From Camelus ferus (lineage: Eukaryota), in NCBI RefSeq assembly GCF_009834535.1, contig NC_045697.1:119290001-119354000 (forward strand): 64,000 nt of DNA, given 5' to 3'. Within the stretch, counting starts at the first letter, position 1. Each line of letters opens with the position of its first letter. Made by a program: the position numbers and the translations under genes. A model generated the notes under the pieces. It was not told the origin of the DNA, made no database searches, and saw only the letters and a list, made by a program, of their open reading frames with translations. This document shows positions 1 to 13,900 of the stretch, one piece after another.

Positions 1-369
1 CTCGGCTTTACAGTGAAAACTGCAGGAACTTCAAACCGGCACTAGGAAACAGACTGAGAGACCAGAGTAAAAGTTGCACCTGCAAGCCGTTCCTTTTGTG
101 CTAGATGAACGAAAGTCTCCCCACATGCTCAGTTCTAGATGATAAGTGTGTGTGAAAGCCGTACTTCTCCTTGCTTGTTGGCAACACAAAGATTCTTTTC
201 AGTTTCAAACTCCCACTATTAAATATATATAGGGAGGTACTAGCTCCAACTCTTTTTTAAAGTGAAAACTGCAGGAACTTCAAACCGGCAGTAGGAAACA
301 GACTGAGAACCCAGAGTAAATGTTTCTCCTGCAACCCTTCCAATTGTGCTAGATGAACGAACGTCTATC

Positions 370-3300
370 CACATGCCAATTCTGAGAGATAAGTGTGTGT
401 GAAAGCCGTCCTTCAACCTAACTGTTGGGAACACAAAGTTTCTTTTCATGTACAAACACCACTCCTTATATATATATGGGAGGTACTAGCTCCAAATCAG
501 TTTTACAGTGAAAACTGTAGGAATTTCATACCGGCACTAGGAAAAAGAATAAGAAACCAGACTTAAAATTTTCTCCTGCATCCCGTTCCCTTGGTGGAAA
601 GATGAACGAAACTCTCTCCACATGCTCTGATCTGAGAGATAAGTGTGTGTGAAAGCAGTCCTTTCAGCTAGTTTGTTGGGAACACAAAGTTTCTTTTCAT
701 GTGCCAAAAATAATCCATATATTTATATGGGGAAGTACTAGCTCCAGCTCGGTTTACAGTGAAAACTGCAGGAAATTCAAACCGGCACTAGGAAACAGAT
801 TAAGAAACCAGAGTTAAAATTTCTCCTGCAACCCGTTCCCTTTTTGCTAGATGAACGAATCTCTCTCCACATGCTCTGATCTGAGAGATAAGTGTGTGTG
901 TAAGCAGTCCTTTAACTAGCTTGTTGGGAACACAAAGTTTCTTTTCAGTAGCAAACTCCACTCCATACATATATAAGGAGAGGTACTAGCTCCATCTCGG
1001 TTTTACAGTGAAAAATGCAGGAACTTCTAATCGGCACTTGGAAGCAGACTGAGAAACCAGAGTAAAAGTTTCCCCTGAAAACCGTTCCTGTTTTGCTAGA
1101 TGAATGAAAGTTTATCCACTTGCTCAGTTGTGAGAGATAAGTGTGTGTGAAAGCCGTCCTTCAACTACGTTGTTGGGAACACAGAGTTTCTTTTCACAAG
1201 CAAACTCCAATCCATATATATATAAGGGGAGGTACAAGCTCCAACTCGGTTTTACAGTGAAAACTGCAGGAACTTCAAACTGGCACTAGGAAGCAGACTG
1301 AGAATCCAGAGTAATTGTTTCTCCTGCAACACGTTCTTATTGGTGCTAGATGAACGAACGTCTATCCACATGCTGAGTTCTGAGGTATAAGTGGTGTGAA
1401 AGCCGTACTTCTCCTAGCTTGTTGGGAACAGAATGATTCTTTTCAGTATCAAACTCCACTCCTTAAATATATATAGGGAGGTACTAACTCCAACTCTATT
1501 TTAAAGTTAAAACTGCAGGAAACTTCAAACCGGCAATTAGGAAACAGACTGAGAAACCACAGTAAATATTTCTCCTGCAAAACTTCCATTTGTGCTAGAT
1601 GAACGAACGTCTATCTTTATGCCCAATTCTGAGAGATAAGTGTGGTGTGAAAGCCGTCCTTCACATAACTTGTTGGGAACACAAAGTTTCTTTTCAGGGG
1701 CAAACCCCACTCCTTACATATATATGGGAAGGTAGTAGCTCCAAATCGGTTTACAGTGAAAACTGCAGGAACTTCAAACCGGCAGTAGGAAACAGACTGA
1801 GAAAAACAGAGTAAAAGTTTCTCCTGCAACCCGTTCCATTTTTGCTAGATGAATGAACGTCTCTCCACATTCTCAGTTCTGAGAGATAATTGTGTGTGAA
1901 AACCGTCCTTCAACCTAGCTTGTTGGGAACACAAAGTTTCTTTTCTGGTGCAAACACCACTCCATAGATATATATGGGGAAGTACTACAACCAAATCGGT
2001 TTTACAGTGAAAACTGCAGGAATTTCAACCCGGCACTAGGAAACAGAACAAGAAACCAGAGATAAAATTTCACCTGCAACCCGTTCCCTTGGTGCTAGAT
2101 GAACAAAATTCCCTCCAAATGCTCAGTACTGAGAGATAAGTGTGTGTGAAAGCCGACCTTCAACTAGCTTGTTTGGAACACAAAGTTCTTTTCAGGTGCA
2201 AATTCCACTCCATACTTATATATGGGGAGGTACTAGCTCCAACTCGGTTTTACAGTGAAAACTGCAGGAACTTCAAAAAGGCACTAGGAAACAGACTGAG
2301 AAACCAGAGTAAAAGTTTCTCCTGCAACCCGTTCCCTTTGTGCTAGATGAACGAACGTCTCTCCACATGCTCAGTTCTGAGAGTTAAGTCTGTGTGAAAT
2401 CCTTCATTCACTTAACTTGTTGGGAACTCAAAGTTTCTTTTCAGGTGCAAACTCCACTCCATACATATATATGGGGAGGTACTAGCTCCAAATCGGTTTT
2501 ACAGTGAAAACTGCAGGAATTTCATACCGGCAGTAGGAAACAGACTGATAACCACAGTAATAAATCTCTCCTGCAACCCGTTTCATTGTGCTAGATGAAC
2601 GAAAGGTCTCTCCACATGCTCAGTTCTGAGAGATAATTGTTTGTGTAAGCAGTCCTTCTTTTAACTAGCTTGTTGGAACCCAAAGTTTCTTTTCAGTAGC
2701 AAAACACCACTCCATACATATATAAGGAGAGGTAGTAGCTCCATCTCGGTTTAACAGTGAAAAATGCAGGAAACTCAAACGCACTAGAAAACAGCTTGAG
2801 AAACCAGAGTAAAGTTTCTCCTGCTACCCGTTCCCTGGTGCTAGATTGACCGAAAGACCCTCACATGCTAGGTTCTGAGAGATAGTCGTGTGTGAAAGCC
2901 GTCCTTCACCTAGCTTGTTGGGAACACAAAGATTCTTTTCAGTTTCTAACTCCACTCCATATATTATATGGGGAGGTACTACCTCCAAATCTGTTTTACA
3001 GTGGAAAACTGCAGGAACTTCAAACCAGCAACTAGGAAATATACTGAGAAAACCGAGTAAAATTTTCTCCTGCAACCCCAATCATTTGTGCTAGATGACC
3101 GAAACGTAACTCCACAATCTCAGTTCTGAGAGATAAGTTTGTGTGAAAGGAGTCCTTCACCTAGTTTGTTTGGAACACAAAGATTCTTTTCAGTTTCAAA
3201 CTCCACTCCATACATATATATTGGGATGTACTAATTCCAAACTTCGTTTTACAGTGAAAACTGCAGGAAATTCATACCGGCACTAGGAAATAGACTGAGA

Positions 3301-6300
3301 AACCAGAGTAAAGTTTCTCCTGCAAGCCGTTCCTTTTGTGTTATATGAACGAAAGTCCTCTCTTATTGCTCAGTTCTGAGAGATAAGTGTGTGCGAATGC
3401 CGTCCTTCAAACTAGGTTGTTGGGTACACAATGTTTCTTTTCAGTAGCAACTCCAATCCATACATATATATGGGGGGTATAGTTCCTACTCCGTTTACAG
3501 TGAAAACTGCAGGAACTTTCAAACCGGCACTAGGAAACACTGAGAAACAAGAGTAAATTTTTCTCCTGCAACTCTTCCATTTTTGCTAGATGAACGAACG
3601 TCTATCCACATGACAAATTCTGAGAGATATATGTGTGTGAAAGCCGTCCTTCACCTAACTTGTTGGGAACACAAAGTTCCTTTTCAGGTGCAACTCCACT
3701 CCATAAATATATATGGGGAGGTACTAGCTCCAAATTGGTTTTACAGTGAAAACTGCAGGAAATTCAAACCGGCAATAGGAAACAGACTGAGAAACCAGAG
3801 TAAAAGTTTCTCCTGCAACCCGTTCCATTTTTGCTAGATGAACGAACGTCTATCCACATGCCAAATTCTGAGAGATAAGTGTGTGTGAAAGCCGTCCTTC
3901 ACCTAACTTGTTGGGAACACAAAGTTTCTTTTCATGTACAAACACCACTCCTTATATATATATGGGGAGGTACTAGCTCCAAATCAGTTTTACAGTGAAA
4001 AACTGTAGGAATTTCATACCGGCACTAGGAAAAAGAATAAGAAACCAGACTTAAAATTTCTCCTGCATCCCATTCCCTTGGTGAAAGATGAACGAAACTC
4101 TCTCCACATGCTCTGATCTGAGAGATAAGTGTGTGTGAAAGCAGTCTTTCAGCTAGTTTGTTGGGAACACAATGTTTCTTTTCATGTGCCAAAAATAATC
4201 CATATATTTATATGGGGAAGTACTAGCTCCAGCTCGGTTTTACAGTGAAAACTGCAGGAAATTCAAACCGGCACTAGGAAACAGATTAAGAAACCAGAGT
4301 TAAAATTTCTCCTGCAACCCGTTCCCTTTTTGCTAGATGAACGAATCTCTCTCCACATGCTCTGATCTGAGAGATAAGTGTGTGTGTAAGCAGTCCTTTA
4401 ACTAGCTTGTTGGGAACACAAAGTTTCTTTTCAGTAGCAAACTCCACTCCATACATATATAAGGAGAGGTACTAGCTCCATCTCGGTTTTACAGTGAAAA
4501 ATGCAGGAACTTCTAATCGGCACTTGGAAGCAGACTGAGAAACCAGAGTAAAAGTTTCCCCTGAAAACCGTTCCTGTTTTGCTAGATGAATGAAAGTTTA
4601 TCCACTTGCTCAGTTGTGAGAGATAAGTGTGTGTGAAAGCCGTCCTTCAACTACGTTGTTGGGAACACAGAGTTTCTTTTCACAAGCAAACTCCAATCCA
4701 TATATATATAAGGGGAGGTACAAGCTCCAACTCGGTTTTACAGTGAAAACTGCAGGAACTTCAAACTGGCACTAGGAAGCAGACTGAGAATCCAGAGTAA
4801 TTGTTTCTCCTGCAACACGTTCTTATTGTGCTAGATGAACGAACGTCTATCCACATGCTGAGTTCTGAGGTATAAGTGGTGTGAAAGCCGTACTTCTCCT
4901 AGCTTGTTGGGAACAGAATGATTCTTTTCAGTATCAAACTCCACTCCTTAAATATATATAGGGAGGTACTAACTCCAACTCTATTTTAAAGTTAAAACTG
5001 CAGGAACTTCAAACCGGCATTAGGAAACAGACTGAGAAACCACAGTAAATATTTCTCCTGCAAAACTTCCATTTGTGCTAGATGAACGAACGTCTATCTT
5101 ATGCCCAATTCTGAGAGATAAGTGTGTGTGAAAGCCGTCCTTCACATAACTTGTTGGGAACACAAAGTTTCTTTTCAGGGGCAAACCCCACTCCTTACAT
5201 ATATATGGGAAGGTAGTAGCTCCAAATCTGTTTTACAGTGAAAACTGCAGGAACTTCAAACCGGCAGTAGGAAACAGACTGAGAAAACAGAGTAAAAGTT
5301 TCTCCTGCAACCCGTTCCATTTTTGCTAGATGAATGAACGTCTCTCCACATTCTCAGTTCTGAGAGATAATTGTGTGTGAAAACCGTCCTTCACCTAGCT
5401 TGTTGGGAACACAAAGTTTCTTTTCTGGTGCAAACACCACTCCATAGATATATATGGGGAAGTACTACAACCAAATCGGTTTTACAGTGAAAACTGCAGG
5501 AAATTCATACCGGCACTAGGAAACAGAATAAGAAACCAGAGATAAAATTTCTCCTGCACCCGTTCCCTTGGTGCTAGATGAAAAAAACTCCCTCCACATG
5601 CTCAGTTCTGAGAGATAAGTGTGTGTGAAACCAGTCCTTCACCTAGCTTGTTTGGAACACAAAGTTCTTTTCAGGTGCAAATTCCACTCCATACATATAT
5701 ATGGGGAGGTACTAGCTCCAACTCGGTTTTACAGTGAAATCTGCAGGAACTTCAAAAAGGCACTAGGAAACAGACTGAGAAACCAGAGTAAAAGTTTCTC
5801 CTGCAACCCGTTCCCTTTGTGCTAGATGAACGAACGTCTCTCCACATGCTCAGTTCTGAGAGTTAAGTCTGTGTGAAATCCTTCATTCACTTAACTTGTT
5901 GGGAACTCAAAGTTTCTTTCAGGTGCAAACTCCACTCCATACATATATATGGGGAGGTACTAGCTCCAAATCGGTTTTACAGTGAAAACTGCAGGAATTT
6001 CATACCGGCAGTAGGAAACAGACTGATAAACCACAGTAAAAATCTCTCCTGCAACCCGTTTCATTTGTGCTAGATGAACGAAAGTCTCTCCACATGCTCA
6101 GTTCTGAGAGATAATTGTTTGTGTAAGCAGTCCTTTAACTAGCTTGTTGGGAACCCAAAGTTTCTTTTCAGTAGCAAACACCACTCCATACATATATAAG
6201 GAGAGGTAGTAGCTCCATCTCGGTTTAACAGTGAAAAATGCAGGAAACTCAAATCGGCACTAGAAAACAGCTTGAGAAACCAGAGTAAAAGTTTCTCCTG

Positions 6301-7330
6301 CTACCCGTTCCCTTGGTGCTAGATGAACGAAAGACCCTCCACATGCTAGGTTCTGAGAGATAAGTCTGTGTGAAAGCCGTCCTTCACCTAGCTTGTTGGG
6401 AACACAAAGATTCTTTTCAGTTTCTAACTCCACTCCATATATTTATATGGGGAGGTACTACCTCCAAATCTGTTTTACAGTGAAAACTGCAGGAACTTCA
6501 AACCAGCACTAGGAAATATACTGAGAAAACCGAGTAAAATTTTCTCCTGCAACCCCAATCATTTGTGCTAGATGAACGAACGTAACTCCACAATCTCAGT
6601 TCTGAGAGATAAGTTTGTGTGAAAGGAGTCCTTCACCTAGTTTGTTTGGAACACAAAGATTCTTTTCAGTTTCAAACTCCACTCCATACATATATATTGG
6701 GATGTACTAATTCCAACTTCGTTTTACAGTGAAAACTGCAGGAAATTCATACCGGCACTAGGAAATAGACTGAGAAACCAGAGTAAAGTTTCTCCTGCAA
6801 GCCGTTCCTTTTGTGTTATATGAACGAAAGTCTCTCTTATTGCTCAGTTCTGAGAGATAAGTGTGTGCGAATGCCGTCCTTCAACTAGGTTGTTGGGTAC
6901 ACAATGTTTCTTTTCAGTAGCAAACTCCAATCCATACATATATATTGGGGGGTAATAGTTCCTACTCCGTTTACAGTGAAAACTGCAGGAACTTCAAACC
7001 GGCACTAGGAAACACACTGAGAAACAAGAGTAAATTTTTCTCCTGCAACTCTTCCATTTTTGCTAGATGAACGAACGTCTATCCACATGACAAATTCTGA
7101 GAGATATATGTGTGTGAAAGCCGTCCTTCACCTAACTTGTTGGGAACACAAAGTTCCTTTTCAGGTGCAAACTCCACTCCATAAATATATATGGGGAGGT
7201 ACTAGCTCCAAATTGGTTTTACAGTGAAAACTGCAGGAAATTCAAACCGGCAATAGGAAACAGACTGAGAAACCAGAGTAAAAGTTTCTCCTGCAACCCG
7301 TTCCATTTTTGCTAGATGAACGAACGTCTC
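370..7330 (+). repeat. Higher-order repeat: 2 tandem copies of a 14-monomer (~3.48 kb) unit
   Basis: The variant cttcaaaaagg is at 2271 and 5750 (3479 bp apart), matching paralogous ORFs 2140/5619. The variants catgtgccaaaaataatcc, tgaggtataagtggtg and ccccaatcattt also recur at this spacing. Confidence 0.88.
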
Positions 7331-10300
7331 TCCACATTCTCAGTTCTGAGAGTTAAGTGTGTGTGAAAGCAGTCCTTCACCTAGCTTGTTGGGAACACAA
7401 AGATTCTTTTCAGGTGCAAACACCACAGCATACATATATATAGTGAAGTACTAGATCCAGCTCGGTTTTACAGTGAAAACTGCAGGAATTTCATACCGGT
7501 TCTAGGAAACATAATAAGAACCCAGAATTAAAATTATACCTGCAGGCCGTTCCCTTGGTGCTAGATGAACGAAACTCTCTCCACAGGCTCAGTTCTTAGA
7601 GATAAGTGTGTGTGAAAGCCGTCCTTCACCTAGCTTGTTGGGAACACAAAGTTTCTTTTCAGGTGCAAATTCCACTACATACATATATATGGGGAGGTAC
7701 AAGCTCCAACTCGGTTTTACAGTGAAAACTGCAGGAACTTCAAACCGGCACTAGGAAACAGACTGAGAAACCAGAGTAAAATTTTCTCCTGCAACCCGTT
7801 CCCTTGGTGCTAGATGAACGAACGACACTCCACATGCTAGGTTCTGAGAGATAATTCTGTGTGAAAGCCGTCCTTCAACTAGCTTGTTGGGAACACAAAG
7901 ATTCTTTTCAGTATCTAACTACACTCCATATATTTATATGGGTAGGTACTAACTCCAACTCTGTTTTACAGTGAAAACTGCAGGAACTTCAAACCAGCAC
8001 TAGGAAACATACTGACAAAACCGAGTAAAACTTTCTCCTGCAACCCCTTCCATTTGTGCTAGATGAACGAACGTAACTCCACAATCTCAGTTCTGAGAGA
8101 TAAGTGTGTGTGAAAGCTGTCCTTCACCTAGTTTGTTTGGAACACAAAGTTAATTTTCAGTTTGAAACTCCACTCCATACATATATATTGGGAGGTAATA
8201 TTACCTACTCCGTTTTACAGTGAAAACTGCAGGAAATTCAAACCGGCACTAGGAAATAGACTGAGAAACCAGAGTAAAGTTTCTCCTGCAAGCAGTTCCT
8301 TTTGTGCTAGATGAACGAAAGTCTCTCCAATTGCTCAGTTCTGAGAGATAAGTGTGTGCGAATGCAGTCATTCACCTATGTTGTTGGGAACACAATGTTT
8401 CTTTTCAGTAGCAAACTCCAATCCATACATATATATTGGGAGGTAATAGTTCCTACTCCGTTTTACAGTGAAAACTGCAGGATATTCAAACAGGCACTAG
8501 GAAATAGACTGAGAAACCGGAGTAAACTTTCGCCTGCATACCGTTCCTTTTGTGCTAGATGAACGAAAGTCTCTCCACTTGCTCAGTTCTGAGAGATAAT
8601 TGTGTGCGAAAGCCGTCCTTCACCTAGGTTGTTGGGAACACAAACTTTCTTTTCACTGGCAAAACCCAATCCATACATATATATGGGGAGGTAATAGTTC
8701 CTACTCCGTTTTACAGTGAAAACTGCAGGAACTTCAAACCCCCACTAGGAAACAGACTGAGAAACCAGAGTAAAAGTTTCCCTTGCAACACTTTCCCTTA
8801 TTGCTAGATGAAAGAACGTCTCTCCACATGCTCCATTCTGAGAGATAAGTGTGTCTGAAAGCTGTCCTTCAACTAGCATGTTTGGAACACATAGATTCTT
8901 TACAGTTTGAAAATCCACTCCATACATATATTTCGGGAGGTACTAGCTCCAACTCGGTTTTACTGTGAAAACTGCAGAGATTTCAAACCGGCACTAGGAA
9001 ACAGACTGAGAGACCAGAGTAAAAGTTTCTCCTGTAACCCATTCCCTTGATGATAGATGATCGATAGTCTCTCCACAAGCTTAGTTCTGAGGGATAAGTG
9101 TGTGCGAAAGCCGTCCTTCAACAATTTGTTGGGAACACAAAGTTTCTTTTCAGAAGCAAACACCAATCCATACATATATTTGGGGAGGTACTAGCTCCAA
9201 ATCGGTTTTACAGTGAAAACTGCAGGAACTTCAAACCGGCACTAGGAAACAGACTGAGAAAACAGGGTAAATGTTTCTCCTGCAACACGTTCCTTTTGTG
9301 CTTGATGAACGAGCGTCTATCCACATGCTGAGTTCTGAGAGATAAGTGTGTGTGAAAGCCGTACTTCTCCTAGCTTGTTGGCAACACAAAGATTCTTTTC
9401 AGTTTCAAACTCCACTACTTAAATATATATAGGGAGGTACTAGCTCCAACTCTTTTTTAAAGTGAAAACTGCAGGAACTTCGAACCGGCAGTAGGAAACA
9501 GACTGAGAACCCAGAGTAAATGTTTCTCCTGCAACCCTTCGAATTGTGCTAGATGAACGAACGTCTATCCACATGCCAAATTCTGAGAGATAAGTGTGTG
9601 TGAAAGCCGTCCTTCACCTAACTTGTTGGGAACACAAAGTTTCTTTTCATGTACAAACACCACTCCTTATATATATATGGGGAGGTACTAGCTCCAAATC
9701 AGTTTTACAGTGAAAACTGCAGGAACTTCAAACCGGCAGTAGGAAACAGACTGAGAAAACCGAGTAAAACTTTCTCCTGCAACCCCTATCATTTGTGCTA
9801 GATGAACGAACGTAAATCCACAATCTCAGTTCTGAGAGATAAGTGTGTGTGAAAGGAGTCCTTCACCTAGTTTGTTTGGAACACAAAGATTCTTTTCAGT
9901 TTCAAACTCCACTCAATACATATATGTTGGGATGTACTAGTTCCTACTTCGTTTTACAGTGAAAACTGCAGGAAATTCCTACCGGCACTAGGAAATAGAC
10001 AGAGAAACCAGAGTAAAGTTTCTCCTGCAAGCCGTTCCTTTTGTGTTATATGAACGAAAGTCTCTCTAATTGCTCAGTTCTGAGAGATAAGTGTGTGAGA
10101 ATGCCGTCCTTCACCTAGGTTGTTGGGTACACAATGTTTCTTTTCAGTAGCAAACTCCAATCCATACATATATATTGGGGGGTAATAGTTCCTACTCCGT
10201 TTACAGTGAAAACTGCAGGAACTTCAAACCGGCACTAGGAAACACACTGTGAAACAAGAGTAAATTTTTCTCCTGCATCTCTTCCATTTGTGCTAGATGA

Positions 10301-10939
10301 ACGAACGTCTATCCACATGACAAATTCTGAGAGATATATGTGTGTGAAAGCCGTCCTTCACCTAACTTGTTGGGAACACAAAGTTCCTTTTCAGGTGCAA
10401 ACTCCACTCCATAAATATATATGGGGAGGTACTAGCTCCAAATTGGTTTTACAGTGAAAACTGCAGGAAATTCGAACCGGCAATAGGAAACAGACTGAGA
10501 AACCAGAGTAAAAGTTTCTCCTGCAACCCGTTCCATTTTTGCTAGATGAACGAACGTCTCTCCACATTCTCAGTTCTGAGAGTTAAGTGTGTGTGAAAGC
10601 AGTCCTTCACCTAGCTTGTTGGGAACACAAAGATTCTTTTCAGGTGCAAACACCACAGCATACATATATATAGTGAAGTACTAGATCCAGCTCGGTTTTA
10701 CAGTGAAAACTGCAGGAATTTCATACCGGTTCTTGGAAACATAATAAGATCCCAGAATTAAAATTATACCTGCAAGCCGTTCCCTTGGTGCTAGATGAAC
10801 GAAACTCTCTCCACAGGCTCAGTTCTTAGAGATAAGTGTGTGTGAAAGCCGTCCTTCACCTAGCTTGTTGGGAACACAAAGTTTCTTTTCAGGTGCAAAT
10901 TCCACTACATACATATATATGGGGAGGTACTAGCTCCAA

Positions 10940-13900
10940 CTCGGTTTTACAGTGAAAACTGCAGGAACTTCAAACCGGCACTAGGAAACAGACTGAGAAA
11001 CCACAGTAAAAGTTTCTCCTTCAACCCGTTCCATTTGTGCTACATGAACGAACGTCTCTCCACATGCTAAGTTCTGAGAGATAATTGTGTGTGTATGCAT
11101 TCCTTTAACTAGCTTGTTTGGAACACAAAGTTTCTTTTCAGTAGCAAACTCCACTCCATACATATATAAGGAGAGGTAGTAGCTCCATCTCGGTTTTATA
11201 GTGAAAACTGCAGGAAACTCAAATCGGCACTAGTAAACAGCATGAGAAACCAAAGTGAATGTTCTCCTGCAACCCATTCCCTTTTTTCTAGATGAATGAA
11301 CGTCTCTCCACATTCCCAGTTCTGAGAGATAAGTGTGTGTGAAAGCAGTCCTTCACATAACTTGTTGGGAACACAAAGTTTCTTTTCAGGTGCAAACCCC
11401 ATTCCATACATATATATGTGGAGGTACTAGCTCCAACTCGGTTTTACAGTGAAAACTGCACGAACTTCAAACCGGCACTAGGAAACAGACTGAGAAACCA
11501 GAGCAAAAGTTTCCCATGCAACACGTTCCCTTGGTGCTAGATGAACGAACGTCTCTCCACATGCTCAGTTCTGAGAGATAAGTGTGTCTGAAAGCCGTCC
11601 TTCACCTAGCATGTTAGGAACACAAAGTTTCTTTTCAGTTTCAAACTCCACTCCATACATATATATTGGGAGGTACTAATTCCTACAACGTTTTAAAGTG
11701 AAAAATGCAGGAAATTCAAAACGGCACTAGGAAATAGACTGAGAAATCAGAGTAAACTTTCTCCTGCAAGCCGTTCCTTTTGTGCTAGATGAACGAAAGT
11801 GTCTCCACTTGCTCAGTTCTCAGAGATAAGTGTGTGCGAAAGCCGTCCTTCACCTAGGTTGTTGGGAACACAAAATTTCTTTTCAGTAGCAAACTCCAAT
11901 CCATACATATATATGGGGAGGTAATAGTTCCTACTCCATTTTACAGTGAAAACTGCAGGATCTTCAAACCGGCACTAGGAAACAGACTGAGAAACCAGAG
12001 TAAAAGTTTCTCCTGCAACACGTTCCTTTTGTGGTAGATGAACGAACGTCTGTCCACATGCTGAGTTCTGAGAGATAAGTGGGTTTGAAAGCCGTACTTC
12101 TCCTAGCCTGTTGGGAACACAAAATTTCTTTTCAGTTTCTTACTCCACTATTTAAATATATATAGGTAAGTACTTGCTCCAACGCTTTTTTAAAGTGAAA
12201 ACTGCAGGAACTTCAAACCGGCAGTAGGAAGCAGACTGAGAAACCTGAGTAAATGTTTCTCCTGCAACACTTACATTTGTGCTAGATGAACGAACGTCCA
12301 TCCACATGCCCAATTCTGAGACATAAGTGTGTGTGAAAGCCATCTTTCACCTATCTTGTTGGTAACACAAAGTTTCTTTTCAGGTGCAAACTATATTCCA
12401 TACATATATATGGGGAGGTACTAGTTCCAAATCGGATTTACAGTGAAAAATGCAGGAAATTCAAACCGGCACTAGGAAACAGAATGAGAAACCAGAGTAA
12501 AAGTTTCTCCTGCAACCCGTTCCATTTTTGCTAGATGAACGAACGTCTCTCCACATTCTCAGTTCTGAGAGATAAGTGTGTGTGTAAGCCGTCCTTCACC
12601 TAGTTTGTTGGGAACACAAAGATTCTTTTCAGGTGCAAACATCACTCCAAACATATATATGGGGTTGTACTAGCACCAGCTCGGTTTTACAGTGAAAACT
12701 GCAGGAACTTCAAACCGGTACTAGGAAACAGAATAAGAAACCAGAGTTAAAATTTCCCCTGCAACCCATTCCCTTGGTGCTAGATGAACGAAAATCTCTC
12801 CACAAGCTCAGTTCTGAGAGAAAAGTGTGTGTGAAAGCCGTCCTTCACCTAGCTTGTTGGGAACACAAAGTTTCTTTTCATGTGCAAATTCCACTCCATA
12901 GATATATATGGGGAGGTACTAGATCCAACTCGGTTTTACAGTGAAAACTGCAGGAACTTCAAACCGGCACTAGGAAACAGACTGAGAAACCAGAGTAAAA
13001 GGTTCTCCTGCAACCCGTTCCCTTTGTGCTAGATGAACGAACGTCTCTCCACATTCTCAGTTCTGACAGATAAGTGTGTGTGAAAGCAGTCCTTCACCTA
13101 GCTTGTTGGAACACAAAGATTCTTTTCATTTGCGAAAACCACTCCATACATATATATAGGGAAGTACTAGTTCCAGCTCGGTTTTACAGTGAAATCTGCA
13201 GGAATTTCAAAACGGCACTAGGAAACAAAATAAGAAACCAGATTTAAATTTCTCCTGCAACCCGTTCCCTTGGTGCTAGATGAAAGAAACTCTCTCCACA
13301 TGCTCAGTTCTGAGAGATAAGTGTGTGTGAAAGCCGTCCTTCACTTTGCTTGTTGGGAACACAAAGTTATTTCAGGTGCAAATTCCACTCCATACATATA
13401 TATGGGGAGGTACTAGCTCCAACTAGGTTTTACAGTGAAAACTGCAGGAACTTCAAACCGGCACTAGGAAACAGACTGAGAAACCAGAGTAAAAGGTTCT
13501 CCTGCAACCCGTTCCCTTTGTGCTAGATGAACGAACGTCTCTCCACATTCTCAGTTCTGACAGATAAGTGTGTGTGAAAGCAGTCCTTCACCTAGCTTGT
13601 TGGAACACAAAGATTCTTTTCATTTGCGAAAACCACTCCATACATATATATAGGGAAGTACTAGTTCCAGCTCGGTTTTACAGTGAAATCTGCAGGAATT
13701 TCAAAACGGCACTAGGAAACAAAATAAGAAACCAGATTTAAATTTCTCCTGCAACCCGTTCCCTTGGTGCTAGATGAAAGAAACTCTCTCCACATGCTCA
13801 GTTCTGAGAGATAAGTGTGTGTGAAAGCCGTCCTTCACTTTGCTTGTTGGGAACACAAAGTTATTTCAGGTGCAAATTCCACTCCATACATATATATGGG

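Noticed and set aside
218..232. TATA-like (atatatata) and (GT)n tracts as promoter or microsatellite
   Set aside because: These are short fixed parts of the monomer, with no downstream gene and no length expansion.
2325..2430. CENP-B box-like motifs (cttgttgggaacacaaa; cccgttcc...aacgaa read on the minus strand)
   Set aside because: The functional core is nTTCGnnnnAnnCGGGn. The first motif lacks both CpG half-sites. The second has 20 nt rather than 7 nt between cccg and cgaa. Neither is a canonical box.
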